Origin: an uncultured Parcubacteria group bacterium
GTDB lineage: Bacteria; Patescibacteriota; Minisyncoccia; UBA6257; 2-01-FULL-56-20
Reading direction: 5' to 3'
Assembly: GCA_903944135.1 (NCBI GenBank)
Contig: CAJAQL010000029.1
Coordinates: 1,487-65,486 of the forward strand
Length of the DNA stretch: 64,000 nucleotides
Below the pieces are notes generated by a model, which was given only the letters and a program-made list of their open reading frames with translations, did not search any database and was not told the origin of the DNA. This document shows, piece by piece, positions 29,935 through 39,426 of this stretch. Each line of letters opens with the position of its first letter. Within the stretch, counting starts at the first letter, position 1. The translations under genes were made by a program, and so were the position numbers.

Positions 29935-30678
29935 ATGCTGCTTATAAAAAATCTTTCGAAGCAGTTCGGCGCATTGAAAGCAGTCGATGATATTTCCTTT
30001 GAAGTAAAAGACGGCGAAATTTTTTGCATCATCGGGCCGAATGGGGCAGGGAAGACGACCATTATAAAAACAACGGTCGGACTTCTCGCCCCCGACAAAG
30101 GAACGATAACGGTTGGCGGCAAGGATGTCGTTTTGTTCCCCCAGGCAACAAAATCGATCATCGGATATATTCCCGACGATCCCTCCGTGTGGCCGGGAAT
30201 GACAGGGGAGGAATTTCTGCATTTCGTGGGAACGCTTTTCGGCGTCCCCGAACAGGAACGGATGGAGCGCGTTAAAAAGCTTCTTTCAATCTTCGAGCTC
30301 GAGGGCATCGAAAAGAATTACTTCGAAACCTACTCGCGCGGCAATAAGCAAAAGTTTTCGATCCTTGCGGCGCTGCTCCATAAGCCAAAGCTTCTGCTTG
30401 TCGATGAGCCGGTCGTCGGCCTTGATCCATTGAGCGTACGGCGCGCGAAGGATCTTTTTGTCCGGCTTGCGAAAGATGAGGGCGTCAGCATTTTCATCGC
30501 AACGCATACGCTTTCATTTGCGCAGGAGGTCGCCGACCAGGTCGGCGTCATGGATCACGGGCGTATGATCGCGCGCGGCACGGTCGATGAACTTCGCGCG
30601 AAGGCGAAACTCCATAACGAGACGACCCTTGAAGATATTTATCTTGCCCTGACCGGCAATTCTTTCCCGAGCGCATGA
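29935..30678 (+). CDS. ABC transporter ATP-binding protein
   Basis: GPNGAGKTT, YSRGNKQK, LLVDEP..GLD, ATH. Confidence 0.93.
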   Translation: MLLIKNLSKQFGALKAVDDISFEVKDGEIFCIIGPNGAGKTTIIKTTVGLLAPDKGTITVGGKDVVLFPQATKSIIGYIPDDPSVWPGMTGEEFLHFVGTLFGVPEQERMERVKKLLSIFELEGIEKNYFETYSRGNKQKFSILAALLHKPKLLLVDEPVVGLDPLSVRRAKDLFVRLAKDEGVSIFIATHTLSFAQEVADQVGVMDHGRMIARGTVDELRAKAKLHNETTLEDIYLALTGNSFPSA

Positions 30679-32369
30679 TCGGATCTTTTCTACGGCTTAG
30701 CATGAAAGGAGTGAAGGGCTATTTCTCGCGGCACACCATTCCAAAGCTCATCACCGTATTTCTTTTTGTTCTTATCGTGATCGGCGTTGCCACCGTAGTA
30801 TTCTGGGGCGTCCGTTTGGGATTCACCTCAATAAAGAACCAAACCTATGGACGCCAGACATTATCTCTTTATGTCTACGAGGAGTTCTTCCTCGTTCTCG
30901 GATATTTGATGTTTGCGAGCGCCATCGTGTCGGGGCTTTTTACGCTCTTTCGCGGAGGCACGGATAATTGGATCGTCGCTTCTCCGCGATATAAATCGGT
31001 GATCCTCCGGGCGGGGTTCGGCATCCTTGATTCCGCCACGGGAACGCTCTTCGTTATCGGCATCCCCGCGGTCCTTGCACTCGCAGGGGTCTATGGCGGC
31101 GGAGCAATATCCATTCCTTCGGCCATCATTGCTCTCTTGCTGCTTACCCTGATCACTTCGGGTTCGGCGATGGTCGTCATTTTGCTTTTTGCGACGGTGC
31201 TCTATTACTTCCGCGGTCCGACGTGGCGTGCGTTGCAGGTGAAATGGCTTGCCGTGCTCTCCGGTCTTTTTATGGCGACGTTCACGTACGTACTTGTGCG
31301 AACGATCGTCGGGATGAATATCTTATCCCTCTTTGTTTCCGGATCGATCACCGCGACCGAGGCGAATATCGACGGTATCGTCGCCGCATTCCGCTGGTTT
31401 CCCACCACCGTCGTCGCCATCATGATGCTCGCGCTGCAGAACCATGCGTGGGCACTGGCATGGTCCTCTATCGGTTGGCTCGCAGCCATGGTCGTTTTTA
31501 TACTGCTCATCATTTATCTTTTCTCCTTCAAATTTCTAAAATTATGGCAGGGCCTTCAGGAGGGAAGTTTCGAGGCGCGCACGTCGACCAATACCATACA
31601 TAAATCTCCTCGCGCATTTCCCCGTTTTCTAAAAACCGATCTCGGCGCTCTCTTCGAGAAGGAAGTGATCGTAAATTTCCGAAGTACCCGCGATTCCCTG
31701 TGGATCGTTTTTATCCTTGGCCTCTGGGTGCTCCAGATGGCGCTCAATGTTTTTCTGCGGAGGAACGGCGCGGATTACGGCACGAGCGAGATAAATATCC
31801 TTGCCGCTATTCAGGCGTTGCAAGTGGTGACCACGGTGTTCTTTACCAGCACATTCGCGTTGCGCTTCGTGCTTCCGTCATTTAGCAGCGATCGTCGCAT
31901 GTCGTGGATCATGGGAACATCGCCGATCACGCCTCGACGGATATTCTTTTCGAAGCTCGGTTTCTATATCATCACTTTTTTGATATTGGGAATCGGCGTG
32001 GGGATCGCCAATGCCTCTCTTCTTGGGATCTCGCTCGTGGCAGAGGGGATGTTCCTGTTGCTCCTTGCGGTCATGATCATTGCAATAACAGCCTTCGCCC
32101 TAAGTGTCGGTGCGCTGTTTCCCGACACTGAATCCGATGATCCGGAGATCGTCAGCACGTCCCTTCCCGGTCTTGGCTTCACGTTCATCGCGCTCGCATA
32201 CGGGGGAGTAGGTGCATGGCTGTATTACATTTTCTTAAAAACATCCCAAGGGGCGGGTGTTTATTCCTTTATCGTCGGTTCCGTGATCCTTGTCATTCTT
32301 ATGGTAATGGCCGCTTCAACTCGATTAAAGACATTCAATCCTTTTAGCGATGAGGTAGGCGGGGCATAG
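30675..32369 (+). CDS. ABC exporter permease
   Basis: Many TM helices, ATGA overlap with the ATPase gene. Confidence 0.8.
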   Translation: MIGSFLRLSMKGVKGYFSRHTIPKLITVFLFVLIVIGVATVVFWGVRLGFTSIKNQTYGRQTLSLYVYEEFFLVLGYLMFASAIVSGLFTLFRGGTDNWIVASPRYKSVILRAGFGILDSATGTLFVIGIPAVLALAGVYGGGAISIPSAIIALLLLTLITSGSAMVVILLFATVLYYFRGPTWRALQVKWLAVLSGLFMATFTYVLVRTIVGMNILSLFVSGSITATEANIDGIVAAFRWFPTTVVAIMMLALQNHAWALAWSSIGWLAAMVVFILLIIYLFSFKFLKLWQGLQEGSFEARTSTNTIHKSPRAFPRFLKTDLGALFEKEVIVNFRSTRDSLWIVFILGLWVLQMALNVFLRRNGADYGTSEINILAAIQALQVVTTVFFTSTFALRFVLPSFSSDRRMSWIMGTSPITPRRIFFSKLGFYIITFLILGIGVGIANASLLGISLVAEGMFLLLLAVMIIAITAFALSVGALFPDTESDDPEIVSTSLPGLGFTFIALAYGGVGAWLYYIFLKTSQGAGVYSFIVGSVILVILMVMAASTRLKTFNPFSDEVGGA

Positions 32370-32525
32370 AAATTCTGGATCAGAGAAGAAATATAAGGCA
32401 CCGCGTTAAGGGTTTATGCAGGAGAAATGGCAGTATGCGTTCAGTGAGCGAAATATCAGACGGTACAGGATACTAATATTAAGGAGACTTTCCAAGGGTT
32501 GCTTTTTTATTTTTCGGCTATACAC

Positions 32526-32609
32526 TAATAATAGTGAGTAATCATTTAGCTGGTAATGAGATCATATTTTATAATGGTTATCTTTAATTGAGGATACTCA
32601 CTATTATTA
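32526..32609. repeat. Perfect 15-bp inverted repeat with 54-nt spacer upstream of the HTH-HEPN operon
   Basis: TAATAATAGTGAGTA (32526-32540) / TACTCACTATTATTA (32595-32609). Confidence 0.85.
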
Positions 32610-32635
32610 TAAAAATTAAAAACCCTAATAAAAAT

Positions 32636-32863
32636 ATGGAGGAAACGTTAGAAGCAATAAAAAAGCGGTTGGATGTTATGGTCCATCTCATGATTCAAAA
32701 AAAAGGGGCCGATTCTGAGGCTCGTTCGCTTAGGGATCAAATTGAGTTGCTGTCTAGTTTTGGATTAAAGCCAAAAGAAATTGCTGAGATTTTAAGTAAG
32801 ACGGGAAAACATGTTAATAAGGAACTCTCCGGAATCCGTAAGATCAAAAAGAGCAAGAAATAA
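32636..32863 (+). CDS. Small helix+HTH protein 1 (75 aa)
   Basis: LEAIKKRLDVMVHL helix; GLKPKEIAEILSKTGKHVNKEL HTH-like; Lys-rich tail. Confidence 0.8.
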   Translation: MEETLEAIKKRLDVMVHLMIQKKGADSEARSLRDQIELLSSFGLKPKEIAEILSKTGKHVNKELSGIRKIKKSKK

Positions 32864-32864
32864 A

Positions 32865-33035
32865 ATGCCTATAAAAAAGAAGACAACAGAGGAGTTGCTG
32901 CAAGATTTAATAATTCTTGAATTGGCAAAAGCTGGAGTTTCGCAACCCGAGATTAGAAAAATCATTGGAGTCGATATGTATCGTGTTAATAGAATCGCGC
33001 GCCACTTTAACAAATCAAAGAAAAAGAATACATGA
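32865..33035 (+). CDS. Small helix+HTH protein 2 (56 aa)
   Basis: LLQDLIILEL; GVSQPEIRKIIGVDMYRVNRIA; starts 1 nt after the previous stop. Confidence 0.8.
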   Translation: MPIKKKTTEELLQDLIILELAKAGVSQPEIRKIIGVDMYRVNRIARHFNKSKKKNT

Positions 33036-33232
33036 CATCTGATCAAAAAGTTTCATTTGAAAAGTTAGATAGGATTACCGATTCGCTAGAAAGATTAGAA
33101 GTAGTTAATTTATATCTGAATACCGACTTGGATCATCATGCCATAGCTCGGAAATTGGGTATAGGTACTCAACGAGCAACAGGGATTCTTAAGGGTTTTA
33201 AAAAATTAAAAACCAAGAAAGATGGAAAATAA
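33032..33232 (+). CDS. Small helix+HTH protein 3 (66 aa)
   Basis: LDRITDSLERL; LDHHAIARKLGIGTQRATGIL; ATGA overlap. Confidence 0.8.
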   Translation: MTSDQKVSFEKLDRITDSLERLEVVNLYLNTDLDHHAIARKLGIGTQRATGILKGFKKLKTKKDGK

Positions 33233-33473
33233 GGGTAATACTCCAAATTCTCTGCTCCGCGAACAACTCAATGTGATTATTGCGTTATTGTTGATTATTA
33301 TCGGAGAGGAAGGTCAAAAAGAATTGCTTAAGAAGAGACGGGCAAATCGGGACTTAATTAAATATCTCCATACGCAGTTTAAATTTAACAATAAAGATCT
33401 CTCTGGAATTTTCAATAGTGCAGAGAATAGTATTGCAAATATGAAGGCGGGTAAAAAAAATAAGAAAAAATAA
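33222..33473 (+). CDS. Small helix+HTH protein 4 (83 aa)
   Basis: LREQLNVIIALLL; FNNKDLSGIFNSAENSIANM; overlaps the previous gene. Confidence 0.75.
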   Translation: MENKGNTPNSLLREQLNVIIALLLIIIGEEGQKELLKKRRANRDLIKYLHTQFKFNNKDLSGIFNSAENSIANMKAGKKNKKK

Positions 33474-33474
33474 C

Positions 33475-33675
33475 ATGGATTCAAAAACCGACCGATTATT
33501 GGAAGAGATTAAAAAACTCCTAATTCTCCAGTTGGTAAAGGGTGGGGCGCCTGCTTCAATAGAGGAAGTCGGAGACTCTCTGGGCATTACGGGGAGGACG
33601 GTTCGTAATATCGCTACCTCCTCCAAGAAGCCAAGGAAAAATAATTCCGTACATAAGCAAAAAGGAAGGAAATAG
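33475..33675 (+). CDS. Small helix+HTH protein 5 (66 aa)
   Basis: LLEEIKKLLILQL; SIEEVGDSLGITGRTVRNI. Confidence 0.8.
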   Translation: MDSKTDRLLEEIKKLLILQLVKGGAPASIEEVGDSLGITGRTVRNIATSSKKPRKNNSVHKQKGRK

Positions 33676-33685
33676 CTTTTATAAA

Positions 33686-34408
33686 ATGGCTCGCCCCCGA
33701 ATCCTTGACGAAAAGATAATGTGTAAGATTGCCAAGAAAATTGGTAAGCGTGATGTTGTAGCAATAAATCAAATGGTGAGTAATAAGGCGGCAAAATTAG
33801 GGATCTCAGCAGAAGCCGCCTTAATCTTATTAGCCAAACAGTATGGAGTAGGCTTTTCTACATATCAAAGGAAATTAGATCCAACTAAACAGGCCGAAGT
33901 TAGAGACGCCCTCCCGATAGTTTTTGCGCAAAATATTCGGGGTAAGAGTGGTGTTTTAAGTAAAAGTTCTAAGGTTGTTCAAACTACCACCAAAAGAACT
34001 GCGTTAAAATTCGCTATTGATTATCTGATTCAAGATCAAGAATTAAAAAGCAGATGCACGGATATCCTTCTAGCTTCATCAAATTTTGATAGACCCATTA
34101 ATCAGGCCACGCTTATACTCGAGGATCGAATAAGGAGAAAAGCTCAGCCTAAACAAAAATTGGTTGGAGAAAATTTGGTTGGATATGCATTCAATGAAGA
34201 TTTATCCAAAACAGTATTAGTTGTAGCTAGCAATGACCCCGAAGATCAGCGTGGGTTTACTCAAATTTTACGGGGGATTGTGCCCGCCTTTCGCAATAAA
34301 ACCCATCATCACGTAATAACCAATTTCTCAAGGGAAGATGCGATACGTGTCTGCGGGTTCATTGACGTATTATTACGCGTAGTTGATGGCGCTTCTAAAA
34401 TAAGATAA
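33686..34408 (+). CDS. TIGR02391/Ymh-like (HEPN superfamily) protein with N-terminal helical domain
   Basis: A...LEDRIR...G..LV..AF...DQRG...G....FRNKTHH...EDA....FID.LL; RxxxxH = RNKTHH. Confidence 0.75.
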   Translation: MARPRILDEKIMCKIAKKIGKRDVVAINQMVSNKAAKLGISAEAALILLAKQYGVGFSTYQRKLDPTKQAEVRDALPIVFAQNIRGKSGVLSKSSKVVQTTTKRTALKFAIDYLIQDQELKSRCTDILLASSNFDRPINQATLILEDRIRRKAQPKQKLVGENLVGYAFNEDLSKTVLVVASNDPEDQRGFTQILRGIVPAFRNKTHHHVITNFSREDAIRVCGFIDVLLRVVDGASKIR

Positions 34409-34415
34409 TAAATCT

Positions 34416-35186
34416 ATGCTAGGGCAAATTGGAAATCGAGGAAATCAGAGACGAGTAGCTTATCGCCTTTCGCCACCTGCTCAATTTTATTCAACTAGTC
34501 TAACTCGCGAAGCGGAGGGGTCAGATTTTTATCCCGAATATAGAATTTTTTTACAGACTATAGAAGCGATAAACAGTTTTAGTTCTCAATATCGGATAGG
34601 GAGAGTCGGCGCGCGTGGTGGTCCAGCGACGCATTCCCAACAAGACCTCTACCGAGCTATGCTTGTTTTTGCGTGCGCCGGTCTAGATTTTCTGGTTAAA
34701 CAATTACTTAAAACCAAATTGACAAGATTAATAGCCACAGATTCAGGAGCAAAGCTAAAGTTCAAGGAATTTGTTCGGCGAGGTCTTGATAAAGATCCCA
34801 GGGAGATTATGAATCTTGCCGCGCTTATATTTACAGAAGAAAGTCCTCGGGATTTACTCTTGAGCGAATATATAAAAAGTTTAACGGGAGATAGTTTACA
34901 ATCCGTTGAACAATTGCTAAAAGTGTCCGGAGCATCTGGTTTAGATCAACAGGCAATTTTTAGCCGTGATAGAATGAATGCCTTAAAAGATGCCTTTATT
35001 GTTAGGAATCAAATTATTCACGAAATGGATATTAATGTTGATGGTCCGAGAGACCAAGGATATAGAACACGGCGACAAAGACGTGCCACGGAGATTGAAG
35101 AATACACAAAAGACATTCTCGATTTAGGGCATGATTTATTTGTTGCGTACAAAGTAAAACTTGGCGTTAGGGGTGGTACCAGATAG
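34416..35186 (+). CDS. HEPN-domain protein (RiboL-PSP-HEPN-like)
   Basis: DLYRAMLVFACAGLD helix, SLQS, RNQIIHEMD (RxxxxH). Confidence 0.75.
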   Translation: MLGQIGNRGNQRRVAYRLSPPAQFYSTSLTREAEGSDFYPEYRIFLQTIEAINSFSSQYRIGRVGARGGPATHSQQDLYRAMLVFACAGLDFLVKQLLKTKLTRLIATDSGAKLKFKEFVRRGLDKDPREIMNLAALIFTEESPRDLLLSEYIKSLTGDSLQSVEQLLKVSGASGLDQQAIFSRDRMNALKDAFIVRNQIIHEMDINVDGPRDQGYRTRRQRRATEIEEYTKDILDLGHDLFVAYKVKLGVRGGTR

Positions 35187-35425
35187 GAGTTTGGCGAACC
35201 CAATAGACTTACGTGAGGGATAGCGCTGTGGTCCGAATGTCATCTAAAGAGCCCACGGGGATTTACCATTCCCCCTATTACGGAATCAGACTCATTCATC
35301 TCTGGGTATGCTGGGTTCGTAAAAAGTACGATTTCATTTAGTCATTTACACCTATTTAACGATGGTATAAGTTATCGAGTTATGCACAGTTGTTGTCGCT
35401 GATATAATAAAGACGCCAATCTAAT

Positions 35426-35498
35426 GGGCCCGTCGTATAGCGGTCTATTATTCGTGGTTGTCATCCACAGGACTCGGGTTCGAATCCCGACGGGTCCA
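35426..35498 (+). tRNA. tRNA-Asp (GTC)
   Basis: GGGCCCG/CGGGTCC acceptor stem, GTGG-TTGTCAT-CCAC anticodon arm, TCGGG-TTCGAAT-CCCGA T arm. Confidence 0.92.
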
Positions 35499-35845
35499 CT
35501 ATTTGGCTCAAGGGATACCCCTTGAATCAGTGTTGCTATGTTTGTTATACTGTATAGCGGATGACAACCCAATTTGGTACCTTTGTTTGAGGTTTGTTTT
35601 ACTTCAAGAAGTCATGTCCCTTGAAGTGGTTAGTTTTACCCAAATAAGGGTGTCAACTGAAAACCGCCAGCGATGGCGGTTTTTTGGTCTCAGAAAAGAA
35701 AAAGCAAATACATCCAACATCGGAAGGATTAATATATTTTCCTATATAACAGAACTGGTCACTCATGTTTGGTGATTGTACGGAAAAGCAGCGGAAGTAT
35801 TATGTTTTGTTATAGAATAATAATGATAGAGGAGCGTGAAGAAGC

Positions 35846-36721
35846 ATGAAAAATCTTCCCAGGTATTTCATTATTTCGGCGATCATGGCTGGTATTATTC
35901 TCGCATCGCTTGGCGGAGTTTATTTTTTGCGGAAACAGGGTTCCGTGAAGCCGAAGAAAACTGAAGAAACGGCGGCGATCATTTTGGATAGAAAGATAAC
36001 AATAAATACGGCGAGAATAAATCCTGTATCGATGTCGTCCGAAACGATAGCATCGACATCATTGCCGACGGCGTCATCATCTGCCGATATTTTTTCGGAG
36101 AAATTCGAGCTTTTGGGGCAGACAAGCACCATGACGTTCGGGGAAGCGTTGGCTCTCGCCGATGCTGTCGCGAGCACGACAAAGATCCGGCCGGCCTTTT
36201 TGTTGGCCATCTTGCAGGAGGAACTGGGTTTGGAGAAAACCGATCTTTGCTATCTGACGGATCTTGAAACGGGAGAGGGGATCAGGGCGGATGACGGCGC
36301 AAGCACATCGAAGACCATGGATCCCGCAAGAGATATTCCTGATTTTCTGACCATAACCAAGGCGCTCGGAAGGGATCCCTTGAAAACTTTGGTGACCTGT
36401 CCTATGAGCTTTGGCTGGGGCGGTGCGATGGGGCCCGCCGATTTCATTCCTTCCACATGGATGTCATACGGAAGTCGCGTCGCAAAGATCACCGGTGCGC
36501 CGGCCGATCCATGGAACACGAAGGATGCTTTTCTTGCCGCGGGACTGTTCCTCTCGGATTCCGGCGCATCATCCATGACGCGTACCGGAGAATGGAATGC
36601 GGCGATGATCTATTTTTCCGGTTCGGCCGATTCGGGTTATGATTTTTATGCCAATGGAGCGTTGACGATCGAGGATGAGATCGCGAAGGAGATCAAAGCG
36701 GTGCAGAACATCCGTCATTAG
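35846..36721 (+). CDS. Membrane-anchored lytic-transglycosylase-like protein
   Basis: N-terminal TM helix, PAFLLAILQEE, GGAMGPADFIPSTW, DPWN..DA. Confidence 0.75.
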   Translation: MKNLPRYFIISAIMAGIILASLGGVYFLRKQGSVKPKKTEETAAIILDRKITINTARINPVSMSSETIASTSLPTASSSADIFSEKFELLGQTSTMTFGEALALADAVASTTKIRPAFLLAILQEELGLEKTDLCYLTDLETGEGIRADDGASTSKTMDPARDIPDFLTITKALGRDPLKTLVTCPMSFGWGGAMGPADFIPSTWMSYGSRVAKITGAPADPWNTKDAFLAAGLFLSDSGASSMTRTGEWNAAMIYFSGSADSGYDFYANGALTIEDEIAKEIKAVQNIRH

Positions 36722-37208
36722 TGCGCGCCGTAGAGTAGAAATGAGGGAAGATGAAAGATAGGCTCCGTATTACCCTTTGGCCTACATGACAGAAGTCGTT
36801 CAGAATTGTCCTATTGAACTTACCGTCAGTCCTCAATCGCCGAATTGGAACTCATGTATGCGATTCACAGAAAACAAAGAGGCATGCCGTCGTGAAACGT
36901 CATGCCTCGCCAGGACCCGGTCTGTTTTTTAGTTAGTGATGAATGAGTACGAGCCAAATCCCGAACAGGATGCCGGAGACGAAGGCGGGGGCATCGTAGA
37001 ACCAGAAGGCAAGTCCCTTTGGTCGAATTCCTGTGATCGCCTTTACGATCGGGTTGCCGATGGCATACACCACAACAGAAAGAAGGAACAATCCATAATT
37101 GTGCATTTCGCACCTCCGATAATGTTATGATTCATTTTTTATAAATTGTCAAATTCGTTCGATTCTCGCACTGAAATGCTTATTTTTTCCGAGAGCAGCG
37201 CCCGCCGC

Positions 37209-37238
37209 TTGACTTAAAGTACTTTAAGTCTCTAACCT
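37209..37238 (+). promoter_or_regulatory. MerR-type promoter/operator
   Basis: TTGACT -35 overlapping the perfect palindrome GACTTAAAGT-ACTTTAAGTC (37211-37230); -10 TAACCT. Confidence 0.8.
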
Positions 37239-37245
37239 TACTTAT

Positions 37246-37710
37246 ATGGTAACTAAGAAAGATGGACGATACGCGATCAAGGAAGCCGCCAGGCTGAGCG
37301 GGCTTCCGGAGAGCACGCTGCGGTATTACGAGACGATAGGATTGATCGATGCCATCGGCCGCGATCCGAGCAGCGGACATCGGGTATACAGCGATGACGA
37401 TATCAATCTTGTGATATCCGTTGCCTGCCTCAATACCACGGGAATGTCGATCGAGGACATGCGGAAATATCTCGAGAACTGGGATAAGGGCGCCGCCGGA
37501 GCCGGAGAACAGATCGGATTGTTGGAGACCCAGAAACATCGGCTTGCCGACGAGGAGCATTATCTGAAGTTGCGGCGACGGTACGTCGACATGAAGATCG
37601 CCTATTGGCACGCGGTTGTTGCTGGAAAGAAAAAAGAAGCAGAGGCGATTGCAAAACGTGCACGCGAGATCGCAAAGGGACTGAAGTTGCCGAAAGAAGG
37701 TCGAAAATAA
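37246..37710 (+). CDS. MerR family regulator (AdhR-like)
   Basis: YAIKEAARLSGLPESTLRYYETIGL, GHRVY, CL..TGMSIEDM. Confidence 0.92.
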   Translation: MVTKKDGRYAIKEAARLSGLPESTLRYYETIGLIDAIGRDPSSGHRVYSDDDINLVISVACLNTTGMSIEDMRKYLENWDKGAAGAGEQIGLLETQKHRLADEEHYLKLRRRYVDMKIAYWHAVVAGKKKEAEAIAKRAREIAKGLKLPKEGRK

Positions 37711-37741
37711 TGGGTTAATATCAATAAATAAAAATAATGTC

Positions 37742-38335
37742 ATGAAAATACTTCTCATAAATTCACATCTCAATTATCCAGGCTGGTCCGAAGGCGGTTT
37801 GAATCTTGCCATGACGAACCTCGCGAAGGCTTTTTTCCTTGAGCACGGGCACGAGGTTCTCGAAACCTTCATAGAACGAGGGTATAAACCGGAAGAGGAG
37901 GTTGAAAAGCATTTGACCGCGGATGTGGTCGTGCTCCAGACGCCCGTCAACTGGTTCTCCGCGCCGTGGATCTATAAAAAATATGCAGATGAGGTCTTCA
38001 ACGTGGGCATACATGAAAAGACGCTGCTTGACGGCGATGGCCGCACGCGCAAAGATCCCAACCGCCAGTATGGTACGGGCGGCAAGATGCAGGGGAAGAA
38101 ATTCATGATCTCCGCGACCTGGAACGCCCCAAGGGAAACGTTCGATAATCCTGATAGTGTGTTATTCGGCGGCAAAGGAACAGCTGATCTGTTCCTCAGC
38201 ATCACCTCGAATTACAAATTTTTAGGTTTCGATATCCTTCCGAGCTACGGGGTGTTCGACATCTTCAAAGAGGGCGCCGATATCCCGGCCGCGATGGAAA
38301 AATATAAGCATCACTTGGAGCAATATTGTCTCTGA
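37742..38335 (+). CDS. NAD(P)H:quinone oxidoreductase, MdaB-like
   Basis: QTPVNWFSAPWIYKKYADEV, DGRTR....YGTGG, TWNAP. Confidence 0.88.
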   Translation: MKILLINSHLNYPGWSEGGLNLAMTNLAKAFFLEHGHEVLETFIERGYKPEEEVEKHLTADVVVLQTPVNWFSAPWIYKKYADEVFNVGIHEKTLLDGDGRTRKDPNRQYGTGGKMQGKKFMISATWNAPRETFDNPDSVLFGGKGTADLFLSITSNYKFLGFDILPSYGVFDIFKEGADIPAAMEKYKHHLEQYCL

Positions 38336-38383
38336 ACGCGCAAGATAATGATAAATAACAAAGTCGTTAAATAATTAAAAAAT

Positions 38384-39421
38384 ATGAAAGCAGCTATTTT
38401 TCAGGGAAAGGGGAAGATCGAAGTGCAGGAAGTTTCCGATCCGGTGATCCAGAAACCGGATGATGCCATAGTCAGGATCACGCATTCTTGCATCTGCGGT
38501 TCCGATCTTTGGTATTATCGCGGCCTCTCGCCGCGCAAGGCCGGTTCACGTATCGGTCATGAATCGATGGGTATCGTGGAGGCGGTCGGCACCGAAGTGA
38601 AGAGCGCCAGGGTCGGCGACTTGGTCGTCATGCCGTTCTTTATCTCGGATGGTACCTGTCCCGAATGCCTGGCTGGCATGCCTGCGGCCTGCAGGAATCG
38701 TATGAGTTGGGGCGATGCCGGAGTCGACGGTGGTCAAGGTGAGAGGGTACGGGTTCCCTTGGCGAACGGAACGCTCTTTGTCATTCCGAAAGACAAAGTG
38801 ACCGATCGGATGATGCCGGCGCTTTTACCGCTCTCCGATGTGCTGTGCACCGGACATCACGCGGCGGTATGTGCAGAGGTAAAGCAGGGTTCTACGGTCG
38901 TTGTTGTCGGCGATGGTGCGGTTGGTCTTTGCGCGGTCGCCGCGAGCAAGCGCCTCGGCGCATCGAGAATATTCCTCGTGAGCACGCATGAGGATCGTGC
39001 GGCGATCGGCAGGAAGTTCGGCGCTACCGATATCGTCGCAGAGCGCGGCGATGATGCCGTTGAGCAGATCAGAAAAGCTACGGATAACTTAGGGGTGGAC
39101 AGCGCCCTTGAATGTGTCGGTACTGCCGAATCATGGAATACCGCGTTCGGCGTCGTCCGTGCGGGCGGCAATATCGGTGCAGTCGGTGTTCCTCATGAAG
39201 TGCCCGATATCCCCATTGTAAAATTCTTCTGGTTCAACATCGGCGTGAAGGGCGGCCCTGCGCCGGTCGCTCATTACATTCCGGAACTGATGCCGGACGT
39301 GTTGTCCGGAAAACTGGATGTGTCGGCGATCTTTACGAAGACCGTTCCGCTTTCGGACATTGCCGAAGGATACAAAGCGATGGATGAACGGAAAGAGATA
39401 AAGGTCTTGGTAAAACCATAA
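38384..39421 (+). CDS. Zinc-dependent alcohol dehydrogenase family
   Basis: CICGSDL, GHE, CPEC...C, GDGAVG. Confidence 0.92.
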   Translation: MKAAIFQGKGKIEVQEVSDPVIQKPDDAIVRITHSCICGSDLWYYRGLSPRKAGSRIGHESMGIVEAVGTEVKSARVGDLVVMPFFISDGTCPECLAGMPAACRNRMSWGDAGVDGGQGERVRVPLANGTLFVIPKDKVTDRMMPALLPLSDVLCTGHHAAVCAEVKQGSTVVVVGDGAVGLCAVAASKRLGASRIFLVSTHEDRAAIGRKFGATDIVAERGDDAVEQIRKATDNLGVDSALECVGTAESWNTAFGVVRAGGNIGAVGVPHEVPDIPIVKFFWFNIGVKGGPAPVAHYIPELMPDVLSGKLDVSAIFTKTVPLSDIAEGYKAMDERKEIKVLVKP

Positions 39422-39426
39422 AAAGG

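Noticed and set aside
32370-35500. HEPN island as an intact integrative element at tRNA-Asp
   Set aside because: No integrase or duplicated tRNA end was seen, and the island lies 5' of the tRNA; only the proximity is reported
36936-37130. 64-aa ORF upstream of merR
   Set aside because: No motif, SD or other support; cannot be distinguished from a chance ORF
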